From NCBI GenBank assembly GCA_947589015.1, contig CANPZF010000003.1, positions 3,968-67,967 on the forward strand: DNA of 64,000 bases, given 5' to 3'. This document shows positions 9,043-18,172 of the stretch, piece by piece. Source of the stretch: an uncultured Clostridia bacterium (GTDB lineage: Bacteria > Bacillota > Clostridia > TANB77 > CAG-508). The first letter of the stretch is position 1. The number at the start of each line of letters is the position of its first letter. Both the position numbers and the translations under genes were made by a program. The notes below the pieces were generated by a model. It did not search any database and was not told the origin of the DNA. It worked only from the letters and a program-made list of their open reading frames with translations.

Positions 9043-11139
9043 ATGAGGGAGGGGATTTTGTTGAAAAATGGAAAAAAATTAAAAATATTAGTAATAATAC
9101 TAATAATAGTTATAATTGTTACGGTAGGTTTAAAAAATTTAAATGACAAAAACGAAGAAGAGCTAGTAACAATAAAATCAGAAAAAGAGCTAGAACAGAT
9201 TTATCAAGACGATTATTATGATGAATTTCCAATTTGGAAACAAATATGTACATTACCTTTTAGTTTTGTGATATCTACGTCTACTGTAAATTCAGGCAGT
9301 GGAATTCTTAGTAAGTCATCTTATTATGAAAATTCAATTATGGAGAGTGATGATGCAAATTCAACTGATTCTTATGATGTAAAAGGTGTAAATCCAAGTC
9401 AAATAGTAAGTGGCTCAGCAGAAAGCAATTCTAATGCTCAAAAAGACTTTTCAACTACAAACATTCAAGTAGAAAATGTTGATGAAGCAGATATTATAAA
9501 AACAGATGGGGATTATATATATTCTATATCTGAAAATAATGTAATTATAACAAACGTAAAAGATCCTTCTGCTCCAAATATTTCAAAAAAGATAGTAGAA
9601 AATGATGATGATGTAATACCAGAAGATTTAATGTTATATAACAATAAATTAGTAGTGATATATGAGAAAGTAAAGGCAACTAGATTTAGCTATAGTTACA
9701 GCAAAAATTCTACAGTAGTAAAAATATATGATATTACTAATAAAGAAGAACCAAAAGAAATTAAAAATTATGAATTAGAACAACCATATTATACGTCAAG
9801 ATGCATAGGAAATAAATTATATGTAATATCATCAGGAGAACTAAAAGAAGAAGACGATAAAATTGTAACTTATTATAGTGAAAATGGAGAAAAAATAGAT
9901 CCGGGATTCAGTTCTATACAATATATTAAAGATCATAAAACAACAAATCAAAGTCTTATATCAATGGTAGATTTAGACAATGTAAAATTACATGTAAAAG
10001 TAAATTCATATTTACTTGATATAGAAAATGCCTATATTTCAGAAGATAATATATATTTACTAAATGAAGAATATGAAGGATATACAAATGCACCATCAAT
10101 ATCATCTATATTTGGAGTAAAAGGTATATTTGGGGCATTTGATGAAAAGTATTTTGATTATACAGATGATGGATATAATACTAAGATTTATAAGTTTAAT
10201 TTACTAAATGATGGAAGCATAAAATTTGCAAATAAAACTAAAATTGAAGGACAAACTATAAATCAATTTTCACTTGATGAACATAATGGAAATTTAAGAG
10301 TAGCAGTATATAATGATAAAGGTTCTAAAATTGTAGTATTAGATGAAAAATTGAAGTTAATAGGTGAAACAGAATACTTAGCAGAAGGCGAAAAAATGTA
10401 TTCATCAAGATTTTTAGAAAATAAAGCATATCTAGTGACATATAAGACAGTAGATCCTTTATTTGTAATAGATTTAAGTGATGCTAAAAAACCAAAAGTA
10501 TTAGGAAAACTAAAAATACCAGGATATAGTACATATTTGCATCCATATGATGAAAATCACATAATAGGAATTGGAATGCAAACACAAGAAAAAGTTAGAA
10601 AAAATTCAAGCGGAAAAGTAGTATCTACAACAGCAACTATTACTGGAATGAAAATGGCATTATTTGATGTATCTGATGTAGAAAATCCCGTTCAAATATC
10701 AGATACAGTAATAGGAGACAGTAGAACAACTTCAGCAATTCTTACAAATCATAAAGCACTATTATTTTCAAAAGAAAAAGAACTTATAGCAATTCCTGTA
10801 AATAACTATGAAGAGGACTTTGAAATAGAAAACCAAGCAACAAATTATGAAAGTATGGTAAATTTATACAGAAATTATAATAAGAACTATATTTCAGAAG
10901 GATATTTTGTATATAAAATTAACTTACAAGATGGGTTTAATTTGAAAGGTGTAATTAATCATGATAAAACAACTCAAAATAAATATTATTATGATAATTC
11001 AAAATTGTTAAGAGGATTATATATTGATAATAATTTGTATACTGTTTCAGAAGATTATATAAAAGTAAATAATCTAGAAAATTTAGAAGAAATTAGTTCA
11101 TTAGCAATAAAAAAGCAAGATGAGAAGTCAGAAAAATAA
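9043..11139 (+). CDS. membrane-anchored beta-propeller domain protein (COG4880-like)
   Basis: It has an N-terminal TM segment (LKILVIILIIVIIVTV) and a long beta-rich domain. The real start may be the TTG at 9058 or 9061, just after the GAGGGAGGGG SD. Confidence 0.6.
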   Translation: MREGILLKNGKKLKILVIILIIVIIVTVGLKNLNDKNEEELVTIKSEKELEQIYQDDYYDEFPIWKQICTLPFSFVISTSTVNSGSGILSKSSYYENSIMESDDANSTDSYDVKGVNPSQIVSGSAESNSNAQKDFSTTNIQVENVDEADIIKTDGDYIYSISENNVIITNVKDPSAPNISKKIVENDDDVIPEDLMLYNNKLVVIYEKVKATRFSYSYSKNSTVVKIYDITNKEEPKEIKNYELEQPYYTSRCIGNKLYVISSGELKEEDDKIVTYYSENGEKIDPGFSSIQYIKDHKTTNQSLISMVDLDNVKLHVKVNSYLLDIENAYISEDNIYLLNEEYEGYTNAPSISSIFGVKGIFGAFDEKYFDYTDDGYNTKIYKFNLLNDGSIKFANKTKIEGQTINQFSLDEHNGNLRVAVYNDKGSKIVVLDEKLKLIGETEYLAEGEKMYSSRFLENKAYLVTYKTVDPLFVIDLSDAKKPKVLGKLKIPGYSTYLHPYDENHIIGIGMQTQEKVRKNSSGKVVSTTATITGMKMALFDVSDVENPVQISDTVIGDSRTTSAILTNHKALLFSKEKELIAIPVNNYEEDFEIENQATNYESMVNLYRNYNKNYISEGYFVYKINLQDGFNLKGVINHDKTTQNKYYYDNSKLLRGLYIDNNLYTVSEDYIKVNNLENLEEISSLAIKKQDEKSEK

Positions 11140-11190
11140 AAATATGCAAATAAATGACCATAAAAATAATTAAAGTTAGGGGGAGAATTT

Positions 11191-11451
11191 ATGGAGGATA
11201 ATAAGAAAAAAAGCTCTGCTATGAGCATATCTTCATTAGTTTTAGGAATTATATCAATAGTGACCGCGTTATTTTGGTATATAACGTTACCAACAGGAAT
11301 ATTGGCTATAGTATTTGGAGCAAAAACTGGAAATAAAGTAGAAGGTAAGACAGGAAAGGCTGGACTCGTAACGGGAATTATTGGCTTATCAATATTTGCT
11401 TTTTGCTATATAGGAATGATAATAATTTTAATATTAGCAAATAATTTTTAA
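11191..11451 (+). CDS. small membrane protein (DUF4190-like)
   Basis: It is 86 aa with two hydrophobic segments. A GGGGGAG SD lies upstream. Confidence 0.5.
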   Translation: MEDNKKKSSAMSISSLVLGIISIVTALFWYITLPTGILAIVFGAKTGNKVEGKTGKAGLVTGIIGLSIFAFCYIGMIIILILANNF

Positions 11452-11490
11452 TATTTAGGATGTATAAGTGTATAGGTGGAGGTATTTATT

Positions 11491-13275
11491 ATGTATGAGA
11501 GAAGTGCAATAGTACTTGAGAGATATTTTGAAGAAAAATTAGGATTAAACAAAAGATCAAACTTAAAAATTAATTATGAAAATTTTAGAACTATTATAGA
11601 GGAAATGCAAAATTATCAAACAATAATTAAAGAAGAAGAGCAAGTAATAAAAGAATTTGATACAGTTGCAAAAGAAATACAATCTATACAAAAGACACAA
11701 GAGAGATTTTATAAATTAAATCAAAAATTAGAAGATGATAGGAATCGACTATTTAATACTTTAGATGAAGATCCTCAAAATCTTGAAAAAAAGTTAGATC
11801 AAATTAGTGAAAACATAATAAAAAACAATGAAGAAATGAAATCATTGAAAGTAAACTTTATAACATTTGTGACAGAATTTATAGAAAAACAAAGTGAAAG
11901 AAATAAATATACTAAATCGAGAAGATTAGTAGAAGCTAATAATATGAACAACATAGAAAGGGCAACTAAAGACTGGAAAGAAATAGAAGAAGAAATTATA
12001 AAATCTATAAAAGAAACAGCTTTATATGATGAAAATATTGAAGAACAATTATCAAAAATAATGATAAATAATGGTAAAGATGAAAAAGTAGGATTTAATG
12101 AAGGGGTAATACAACAAGCAATAAAAGCAAGGTTGGACATTGCAAGAGAAGAAGGACAATGCTATGTAATTGTATATGACAGGATGAGAAGGCTTTTACA
12201 AGAAATAGAAAATGATAATGTAAAAATTGTTAAATATCAAAAATTTTCAAGAGATATATATGTAAAGTTAAAGTTTTTGTCAGCAAAAAAAGATTACATA
12301 ACAAGATTCTTAGATAATGAAAGAATGACTGCAATAAATGGAGCAACTGTACATAAACAAATGATGGAAGAAGCTTGTCAAAATTTTGAAGCTGATATTG
12401 CACAAATAGATAACTTATATGAATTAATACTAAAAGAAATTGCTGGAAAGGCAACTAAAAAGTCGTATAAAGAATTATATAATAAGACATATTTAAAGGA
12501 AATTGAAGAAAAAGAGAAGAACTTTGAACAAGAAGTAAATAGAATAAGAATTACAGGAACAATTATAAATTCAAATTATTGGAGAATAGAAGGTATAAAA
12601 AATATATATGAAACATTTTTAAAGGAAGTTTCAGAAAATTTTGATAAGGATTTATCAGAATATACATTAGAGCAAGTTGAACCAGAAAAATCAAGCATTG
12701 ATGAATTTGAAGTTAATGAACCTGTCCAAGAAGATAGTAAGATAAAACATATAAATATTTATGACGATGAAGATGACTTTGAAGATGAGGAAGATGAAGA
12801 AGACGACTTTGAAGAAAGTGAAGATGAAGATGAAGACGATGATTACGAATACGACGACGAAGATGATAAAATAGAAGAAAGCAAGACAAAATTTGAAAAA
12901 GAAAATAAAAATAGTAGTGATAAAAAAATAAAAAATACAAATAATGATGACATAGAGTTTGATGAGTATGATGACGATGACATAGAATTTGATGAAGAAG
13001 ATGACGATGATGATTTTATAGAATTTGAAAAAAGTGATAAAAAAGAACGTAAAGACAAAAAAGAAGATGACGACGATGATGATGACGAAATATATTTTAA
13101 AGATAGTGATGATGACAAGGAAGATAAAGAAGAAACAGATGATGATGATACAGAATTTGATGATAGTGATATAGGAAAAGAAATATTGAAGAACTTTAAA
13201 TATAATCAAAATAGAAGGAGAAAAAATGACAGCAACATTTTTGGAAAAATATTTAAAGATAAAAAAAAGAGATAA
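11491..13275 (+). CDS. coiled-coil protein with extremely acidic Asp/Glu low-complexity C-terminal third
   Basis: The ATG at 11491 lies 9 nt after a GGAGG. The C-terminal region (about 12720-13190) is runs of GAT/GAA/GAC codons. Confidence 0.5.
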   Translation: MYERSAIVLERYFEEKLGLNKRSNLKINYENFRTIIEEMQNYQTIIKEEEQVIKEFDTVAKEIQSIQKTQERFYKLNQKLEDDRNRLFNTLDEDPQNLEKKLDQISENIIKNNEEMKSLKVNFITFVTEFIEKQSERNKYTKSRRLVEANNMNNIERATKDWKEIEEEIIKSIKETALYDENIEEQLSKIMINNGKDEKVGFNEGVIQQAIKARLDIAREEGQCYVIVYDRMRRLLQEIENDNVKIVKYQKFSRDIYVKLKFLSAKKDYITRFLDNERMTAINGATVHKQMMEEACQNFEADIAQIDNLYELILKEIAGKATKKSYKELYNKTYLKEIEEKEKNFEQEVNRIRITGTIINSNYWRIEGIKNIYETFLKEVSENFDKDLSEYTLEQVEPEKSSIDEFEVNEPVQEDSKIKHINIYDDEDDFEDEEDEEDDFEESEDEDEDDDYEYDDEDDKIEESKTKFEKENKNSSDKKIKNTNNDDIEFDEYDDDDIEFDEEDDDDDFIEFEKSDKKERKDKKEDDDDDDDEIYFKDSDDDKEDKEETDDDDTEFDDSDIGKEILKNFKYNQNRRRKNDSNIFGKIFKDKKKR

Positions 13276-13852
13276 ATATGAATTAATTATTGCCTCAAAT
13301 AATAAAGGTAAAATAGAAGAGACTAAAGAAATATTGAATAGTTTTAAAATAATACCAATGGAAGAAGTATTAACCAAAATAGAAGTTGAAGAAGATGAAA
13401 ATACATTTGAAAAAAATGCTATAAAAAAGGCAAAAGTTATTGCTAAAAAATTAGAAGGAAGATTGTGTATAGCAGATGATTCAGGTATTGAAATAGAATA
13501 CTTAAATGGTTTTCCAGGAGTTTATACAAAAAGATGGCACAATGGAACAGATAGAGAAAGAAATTTAGCTATTATTGAAAAATTAAAAGGTGTACCAAAA
13601 GAAAAAAGAAAAATAAAATTTGTTACAGCAATAGCATTATCAAATGGACAAAACACAATTACATCTATATCTAGTATTGATGGATATGTATCAGAAAATA
13701 TTAAAGGGAAAAATGGATTTGGGTTTGATGAAATATTTGAATTAGATAATGGAAAGACACTTGCAGAATTATCTTTTGAAGAAAAAAATAAAATTAGTGC
13801 GAGGAAGAAAGCTTTGCAAATGTTGAAAGATAAAATTATTGAAGAAGATTAG
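13226..13852 (+). CDS. rdgB: XTP/dITP diphosphatase (RdgB/HAM1 family)
   Basis: Ham1 motifs are present: IIASNNKGKIEE, DDSGIEI..LNGFPGVYT.R, GFGFDEIF and SARKKA. The start is uncertain because it overlaps the upstream gene by 50 nt. Confidence 0.8.
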   Translation: MTATFLEKYLKIKKRDKYELIIASNNKGKIEETKEILNSFKIIPMEEVLTKIEVEEDENTFEKNAIKKAKVIAKKLEGRLCIADDSGIEIEYLNGFPGVYTKRWHNGTDRERNLAIIEKLKGVPKEKRKIKFVTAIALSNGQNTITSISSIDGYVSENIKGKNGFGFDEIFELDNGKTLAELSFEEKNKISARKKALQMLKDKIIEED

Positions 13853-13951
13853 TATTAAATTAATATTAATGGTACATAATTAATAAAAGCGTAAAGAAGT
13901 AAAAATTGAAAAATAATTATAATTTTGACTGTGAAAGGAATGTGATTAAAT

Positions 13952-14218
13952 ATGGAATATATATTTGAAACAGAAAATACATGTGCTAGAAAAATTAAAT
14001 TTACATTAGAAGGAAATGTTGTTACTAATGTTGAATTCTTAGAGGGTGGTTGTCCAGGAAATTTGCAAGCACTTCCAAGGCTTGTTGAAGGAATGACAGT
14101 AGAGGAAATAGAAAAAAAAATTGGTGGTATACAATGCGGAGGAAGAGGAACTTCATGTGCAGATCAATTAGCAAGAGCTGTAAGAAAGGCTTATGAAGAA
14201 TCAAAAAAATCAGCTTAA
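13952..14218 (+). CDS. TSCPD-domain protein (TIGR03905-like)
   Basis: It is 88 aa with GGCPGN and CGGRGTSCADQ motifs. Confidence 0.65.
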   Translation: MEYIFETENTCARKIKFTLEGNVVTNVEFLEGGCPGNLQALPRLVEGMTVEEIEKKIGGIQCGGRGTSCADQLARAVRKAYEESKKSA

Positions 14219-14278
14219 AAATTTATAATAAAAAGGATAAAATTATATAATATATAAATTATTATTCTAGCAATTAGA

Positions 14279-14308
14279 TAAAACCTAGATGTATTCTAGG
14301 TTTTTATT
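14279..14308 (+). terminator. rho-independent terminator
   Basis: The stem is AAACCTAGA / TCTAGGTTT with a 5-nt loop, followed by a T-rich tail. Confidence 0.6.
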
Positions 14309-14324
14309 TGAAGGAGGCGATAAA

Positions 14325-14726
14325 ATGAAAATATCTACAAAAGGAAGATATGCATTGAGAGTGATGATAGATTTAGCAATAAATGGTAATGAAAATTTTA
14401 TATCTTTAAAAGATATAGCAACAAGACAGAATTTATCAATTAAATATTTAGAACAAATTATATCTATGCTAAATAAGGCAGGATATTTAGAAACAGCTAG
14501 AGGCAATAATGGAGGATATAAATTAGCTAAAAATCCTAATGAATATAAAGTAGGAGATATACTAAGAGCAACTGAAGGAAATTTAGCACCAATATATTGT
14601 TTAACAGAAGAAGATTGCCAAAGAAAGGAAGATTGTAAAACACATTCTTTCTGGAAGGGATTAGATAATGTGATTAATGAGTATGTAGATAGTAAGACAT
14701 TGGAAGATTTAATAAAGACTACATAA
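14325..14726 (+). CDS. Rrf2-family transcriptional regulator (IscR/CymR-like)
   Basis: It begins MKISTKGRYALRVMIDLA and has a winged HTH. Its position upstream of nifS-nifU is typical. The ATG at 14325 follows an AAGGAGG. Confidence 0.85.
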   Translation: MKISTKGRYALRVMIDLAINGNENFISLKDIATRQNLSIKYLEQIISMLNKAGYLETARGNNGGYKLAKNPNEYKVGDILRATEGNLAPIYCLTEEDCQRKEDCKTHSFWKGLDNVINEYVDSKTLEDLIKTT

Positions 14727-14728
14727 TA

Positions 14729-15200
14729 GTTACAGTTCACAGATATGCTAATTTTTATATTATTGACGTTTTGATAGTAGTAGTAGTATATGTACTTATT
14801 TATAAATCAACGCTTGATTGAAATGAGAAATAGAAATTCTTATATACAAAATTGAGGGATGTTCACGGAAAAAGGATGATTAATATATTCTTTTTCTTTA
14901 CACTCCTCGGCTTGCTACATGACTTAGAAATTCTTGATAAAATCAATCAGCGCCCTCGTGAGGCGAGATTCCCTAATTGATTTTATTTAGAATTTCTACA
15001 GTCATTCCACGGCACATTCGTCGTTTCATTCAAAAGAATATATTAATCATCCTTTTGGCCTGAGTGAAAGCGGCTCAATTTTGTATATTAGAATGTCTTT
15101 TCGAGTGCAATGAACAAGTTGATTTATAAATAAGTACATATACTACTACTACTATCAAAACGTCAATAATATAAAAACTGGCATGACTGTGAATTGTAAC
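14729..15200. repeat. 472-bp foldback element: long inverted arms around a nested imperfect palindrome
   Basis: Bases 14752-14811 are the perfect reverse complement of 15118-15177 (60 bp). The imperfect extension reaches 14729 and 15200. Inner arms 14813-14893 and 15032-15117 match the element at 20030-20173. Confidence 0.85.
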
Positions 15201-15227
15201 AACCATTAACAAAAATTTAGGCATTTT

Positions 15228-15288
15228 ATTTATTTCCTATTGACTTGCTAGGAAATAAATGGTATAATTCCTACTGAATTAATAGGAA
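15228..15288 (+). promoter_or_regulatory. sigmaA-type promoter with two palindromic operator candidates upstream of nifS
   Basis: The promoter is TTGACT (15240-15245), a 17-nt spacer, then TATAAT (15263-15268). The inverted repeat ATTTATTTCCT (15228-15238) / AGGAAATAAAT (15250-15260) overlaps the -35. A second repeat is TTCCTA (15268-15273) / TAGGAA (15283-15288). Confidence 0.55.
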
Positions 15289-15302
15289 AGGAAAGTGAGA
15301 AA

Positions 15303-16484
15303 ATGGATACAATATATTTAGATAATAGTGCAACAACAAAAACAGATGAGGAAGTCATAAAAGCAATGATGCCATATTTAGTAGAAAATTATGGAAATCC
15401 ATCATCTATATATAAAATAGGAAGAGAAAACAAAAAAGCAATAGAGGAGGCAAGGGAAAAAGTAGCCAAAGCTTTAAATTGTGAACCAAACGAAATTTAT
15501 TTTACAGCAGGAGGAAGTGAAAGTGATAACACAGCCATAAGAGGAGTAGCTTATAGTTATAAAAGTAAAGGAAATCATATTATCACATCAAAAATAGAAC
15601 ATCCAGCAGTATTAGAAACATGTAAACAATTAGAAAAAGAAGGTTTTGAAGTTAGTTATATTGGTGTAGATGAAAATGGAATTGTAAACCTAGAAGAATT
15701 AAAAAAAGCAATAAAACCAACAACAACACTTATTACTATCATGTTTGCAAATAATGAAATAGGCACAATACAACCAATAAAAGAAATAGGAGAAATTGCT
15801 AAACAAAATAATATAGTTTTTCACACAGATAGTGTACAAGCAGTTGGAAGTGTAAAAATAGATGTTAGAGATTTAAATATAGACAGCCTTTCATTATCAG
15901 CACATAAATTCTATGGACCAAAAGGAATAGGAGCATTATATGTAAGAAAAGGGGTAAGATTCGATAAATTTATAAATGGAGGGCATCAAGAAAGAAATAA
16001 AAGAGCTGGAACAGAAAATGTTGCAGGAATTGTAGGATTAGGTAAAGCAATAGAAATAGCTTATAGAGATTTAGAAGAACACAACAAGAAAATTAAAGAG
16101 TTAAGAGATTATTATGTACAGCAAGTAACAGAAAAAATACCATATGTTAAAGTAAATGGTGATATGGAAAAAAGATTACCAGGAAACAGTAATATATCAT
16201 TTAGATTTATAGAGGGAGAAGGATTACTCTTAAATCTAGATTTGAAAGGTATTTGTGCTTCAAGTGGTAGTGCTTGTACATCAGGCTCACTTGATCCATC
16301 ACATGTTTTACTTGCTATAGGATTACCACATGAAATAGCACATGGATCTTTAAGAATTTCAATAGGAAAATATAATACAAAAGAAGAAATTGATTATGTA
16401 GTTGAAAGTTTAGTAGAAATAGTGGGTAAACTAAGAGAAATGTCACCATTATGGGAAAAATTTATAGAGGAGGAAAAGAAATAA
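15303..16484 (+). CDS. nifS: cysteine desulfurase NifS/IscS
   Basis: The PLP lysine context is SLSAHKFYGPKG and the catalytic Cys loop is SSGSACTSGS (393 aa). Confidence 0.92.
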   Translation: MDTIYLDNSATTKTDEEVIKAMMPYLVENYGNPSSIYKIGRENKKAIEEAREKVAKALNCEPNEIYFTAGGSESDNTAIRGVAYSYKSKGNHIITSKIEHPAVLETCKQLEKEGFEVSYIGVDENGIVNLEELKKAIKPTTTLITIMFANNEIGTIQPIKEIGEIAKQNNIVFHTDSVQAVGSVKIDVRDLNIDSLSLSAHKFYGPKGIGALYVRKGVRFDKFINGGHQERNKRAGTENVAGIVGLGKAIEIAYRDLEEHNKKIKELRDYYVQQVTEKIPYVKVNGDMEKRLPGNSNISFRFIEGEGLLLNLDLKGICASSGSACTSGSLDPSHVLLAIGLPHEIAHGSLRISIGKYNTKEEIDYVVESLVEIVGKLREMSPLWEKFIEEEKK

Positions 16485-16921
16485 TGGAGTATTCAGAAAA
16501 AGTAGTAGATCATTATACAAACCCTAGAAATGTAGGAAAAATAGAAGATGCTTCAGGAGTTGGAGAGGTTGGAAATCCAGTTTGTGGAGATATTATGAAG
16601 ATGTTTATAAAAGTTGAAAACAATATTATAGTAGATGTAAAATTCAAAACATTTGGATGTGGAGCAGCAATTGCAACAAGTAGTATTTCAACAGAAATGA
16701 TAAAAGGAAAGACATTAGAAGAAGCATTACAATTAAAAAATACAGATGTGGTAAATTCATTAGGCGGATTACCACCTGTAAAACTACATTGTTCTGTTTT
16801 AGCAGAAGAGGCGATACATGAAGCAATAGCAGATTATTATAGAAAAGAAGGAAAATTAACAGAGGAAGAAATAAAAGAGAAATGTAATTTAAAAGAACAT
16901 CATTGTGAACATTGCGGATAA
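16484..16921 (+). CDS. nifU: Fe-S cluster scaffold protein NifU/IscU
   Basis: Its start overlaps the nifS stop (taATG). IscU cysteine motifs are GNPVCGD, TFGCGAAIA and KLHCS. Confidence 0.9.
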   Translation: MEYSEKVVDHYTNPRNVGKIEDASGVGEVGNPVCGDIMKMFIKVENNIIVDVKFKTFGCGAAIATSSISTEMIKGKTLEEALQLKNTDVVNSLGGLPPVKLHCSVLAEEAIHEAIADYYRKEGKLTEEEIKEKCNLKEHHCEHCG

Positions 16922-17019
16922 TATAAAAATACATTAGAATAAATAGTTGAAAAAGAAAAATGCACTTAAATGTTAATTCTTTTTCAACTATTTGTGTTTA
17001 TGAAAGGAATGTGATAAAA

Positions 17020-17439
17020 ATGAAATATAAAAAATTTAATAATACTATAGTGGCAAGAATTGATAAGGATGAAGAAATACTAGAAAAAATAAAACAAATA
17101 GCTTTAAAAGAAAATATAAAATTGGCTAGTGTTAGTGCATTAGGAGCTACTAATGATTTTACAGTAGGAGTATTTAAAGTTGAAGAAAAGAAATATTACT
17201 CAAACAACTTCAAAGGAAATTTTGAAATAGTATCTTTAACAGGAACAATAAATACAATGAATAATGAATTTTATACACATATACACATGAGTGCAGGAAA
17301 TGATAAAGGAGAAGTATTTGGAGGACATCTTAATAGAGCAATTGTTAGTGCAACTTGTGAAATGATAATAAATATAATTGATGGGACGGTTGATAGATAT
17401 TTTGACGAAGAAATAGGATTAAATTTGTTTAATTTATAA
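17020..17439 (+). CDS. PPC (DUF296) domain DNA-binding protein
   Basis: The internal ATG lies after the SD-like GAAAGGAATG. It contains H.H....G...GGH typical of PPC domains. Confidence 0.6.
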   Translation: MKYKKFNNTIVARIDKDEEILEKIKQIALKENIKLASVSALGATNDFTVGVFKVEEKKYYSNNFKGNFEIVSLTGTINTMNNEFYTHIHMSAGNDKGEVFGGHLNRAIVSATCEMIINIIDGTVDRYFDEEIGLNLFNL

Positions 17440-17445
17440 TAATTA

Positions 17446-17488
17446 AAAAAATAGATAACGTACATATGCAAAGTTATCTATTTTTTTA
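17446..17488 (+). terminator. rho-independent terminator
   Basis: The stem is ATAGATAAC (17451-17459) / GTTATCTAT (17473-17481), followed by a T7 run. Confidence 0.65.
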
Positions 17489-17629
17489 TATAAACGCTGA
17501 AGTACAAAGTTAAAGAAAAATTAAATAAGACTAAAAATATTAAGATTTTACGATTTGTTCTATAATAATGAAAAAATGAAACTTTTTTAAAATAAAAAAC
17601 GATTATATAGTATAAGGGGGAACAAAAGA

Positions 17630-18172
17630 ATGAGTACTCAAATTAAGCAAAAAGACTTTGAAAAAATATATCAAGAAACATATTATAAGACTTTAAAATT
17701 TATTGTAATTAGATGTAATAATATAGACGATGTAAATGATATTATTCAGGATACGTATATAGAACTATTAAGAAAAATAAAAAAGAACGTATCGTTAGAT
17801 ATAGATAACATAGATAAATACATATTTGGAATAGCAAATAACGTAATAAAAAGGCATTATTATAAAAAGAAAAAAGAAAATATAGTTTATTATTATGATG
17901 ACGAAAATGATAATTCTTTAGAAATTAAAGATTCATTTGATTTAGAACAAAAAATTATTACAAAAGAAAATGTGAAAGAAGTATGGGATTATATAAAAAA
18001 TAAAGACTTGATAACAACTAAAATTTTTTACTTATATTTTGTTCTAGGCTTAAAAATTTCAGAAGTTTCAAATGAACTAAATATTAGTGAATCAACTAGT
18101 AAAAATAAAATATATAGAACATTAAAAGAAATAAAAAAATATTTAGGAAAGGATGTGATGCAAAGTGATTAA
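17630..18172 (+). CDS. sigma-70 family (ECF-like) RNA polymerase sigma factor
   Basis: Region 2 reads DDVNDIIQDTYIEL. Region 4 has the HTH (GLKISEVSNELNISESTSKNKIYRTLKEIK). Confidence 0.75.
   Translation: MSTQIKQKDFEKIYQETYYKTLKFIVIRCNNIDDVNDIIQDTYIELLRKIKKNVSLDIDNIDKYIFGIANNVIKRHYYKKKKENIVYYYDDENDNSLEIKDSFDLEQKIITKENVKEVWDYIKNKDLITTKIFYLYFVLGLKISEVSNELNISESTSKNKIYRTLKEIKKYLGKDVMQSD

Noticed and set aside
12691-13377. Long antisense ORFs (228 aa, 91 aa and 75 aa) opposite the acidic-tail gene. Similar antisense ORFs lie at 46822-47379 and 60474-60806.
   Set aside because: They are mirror frames of low-complexity GAT/GAA or AAA/GCA-rich coding sequence. Their products are Ile/Phe/Ser homopolymer-like, with no SD. 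The sense-strand genes explain the region.
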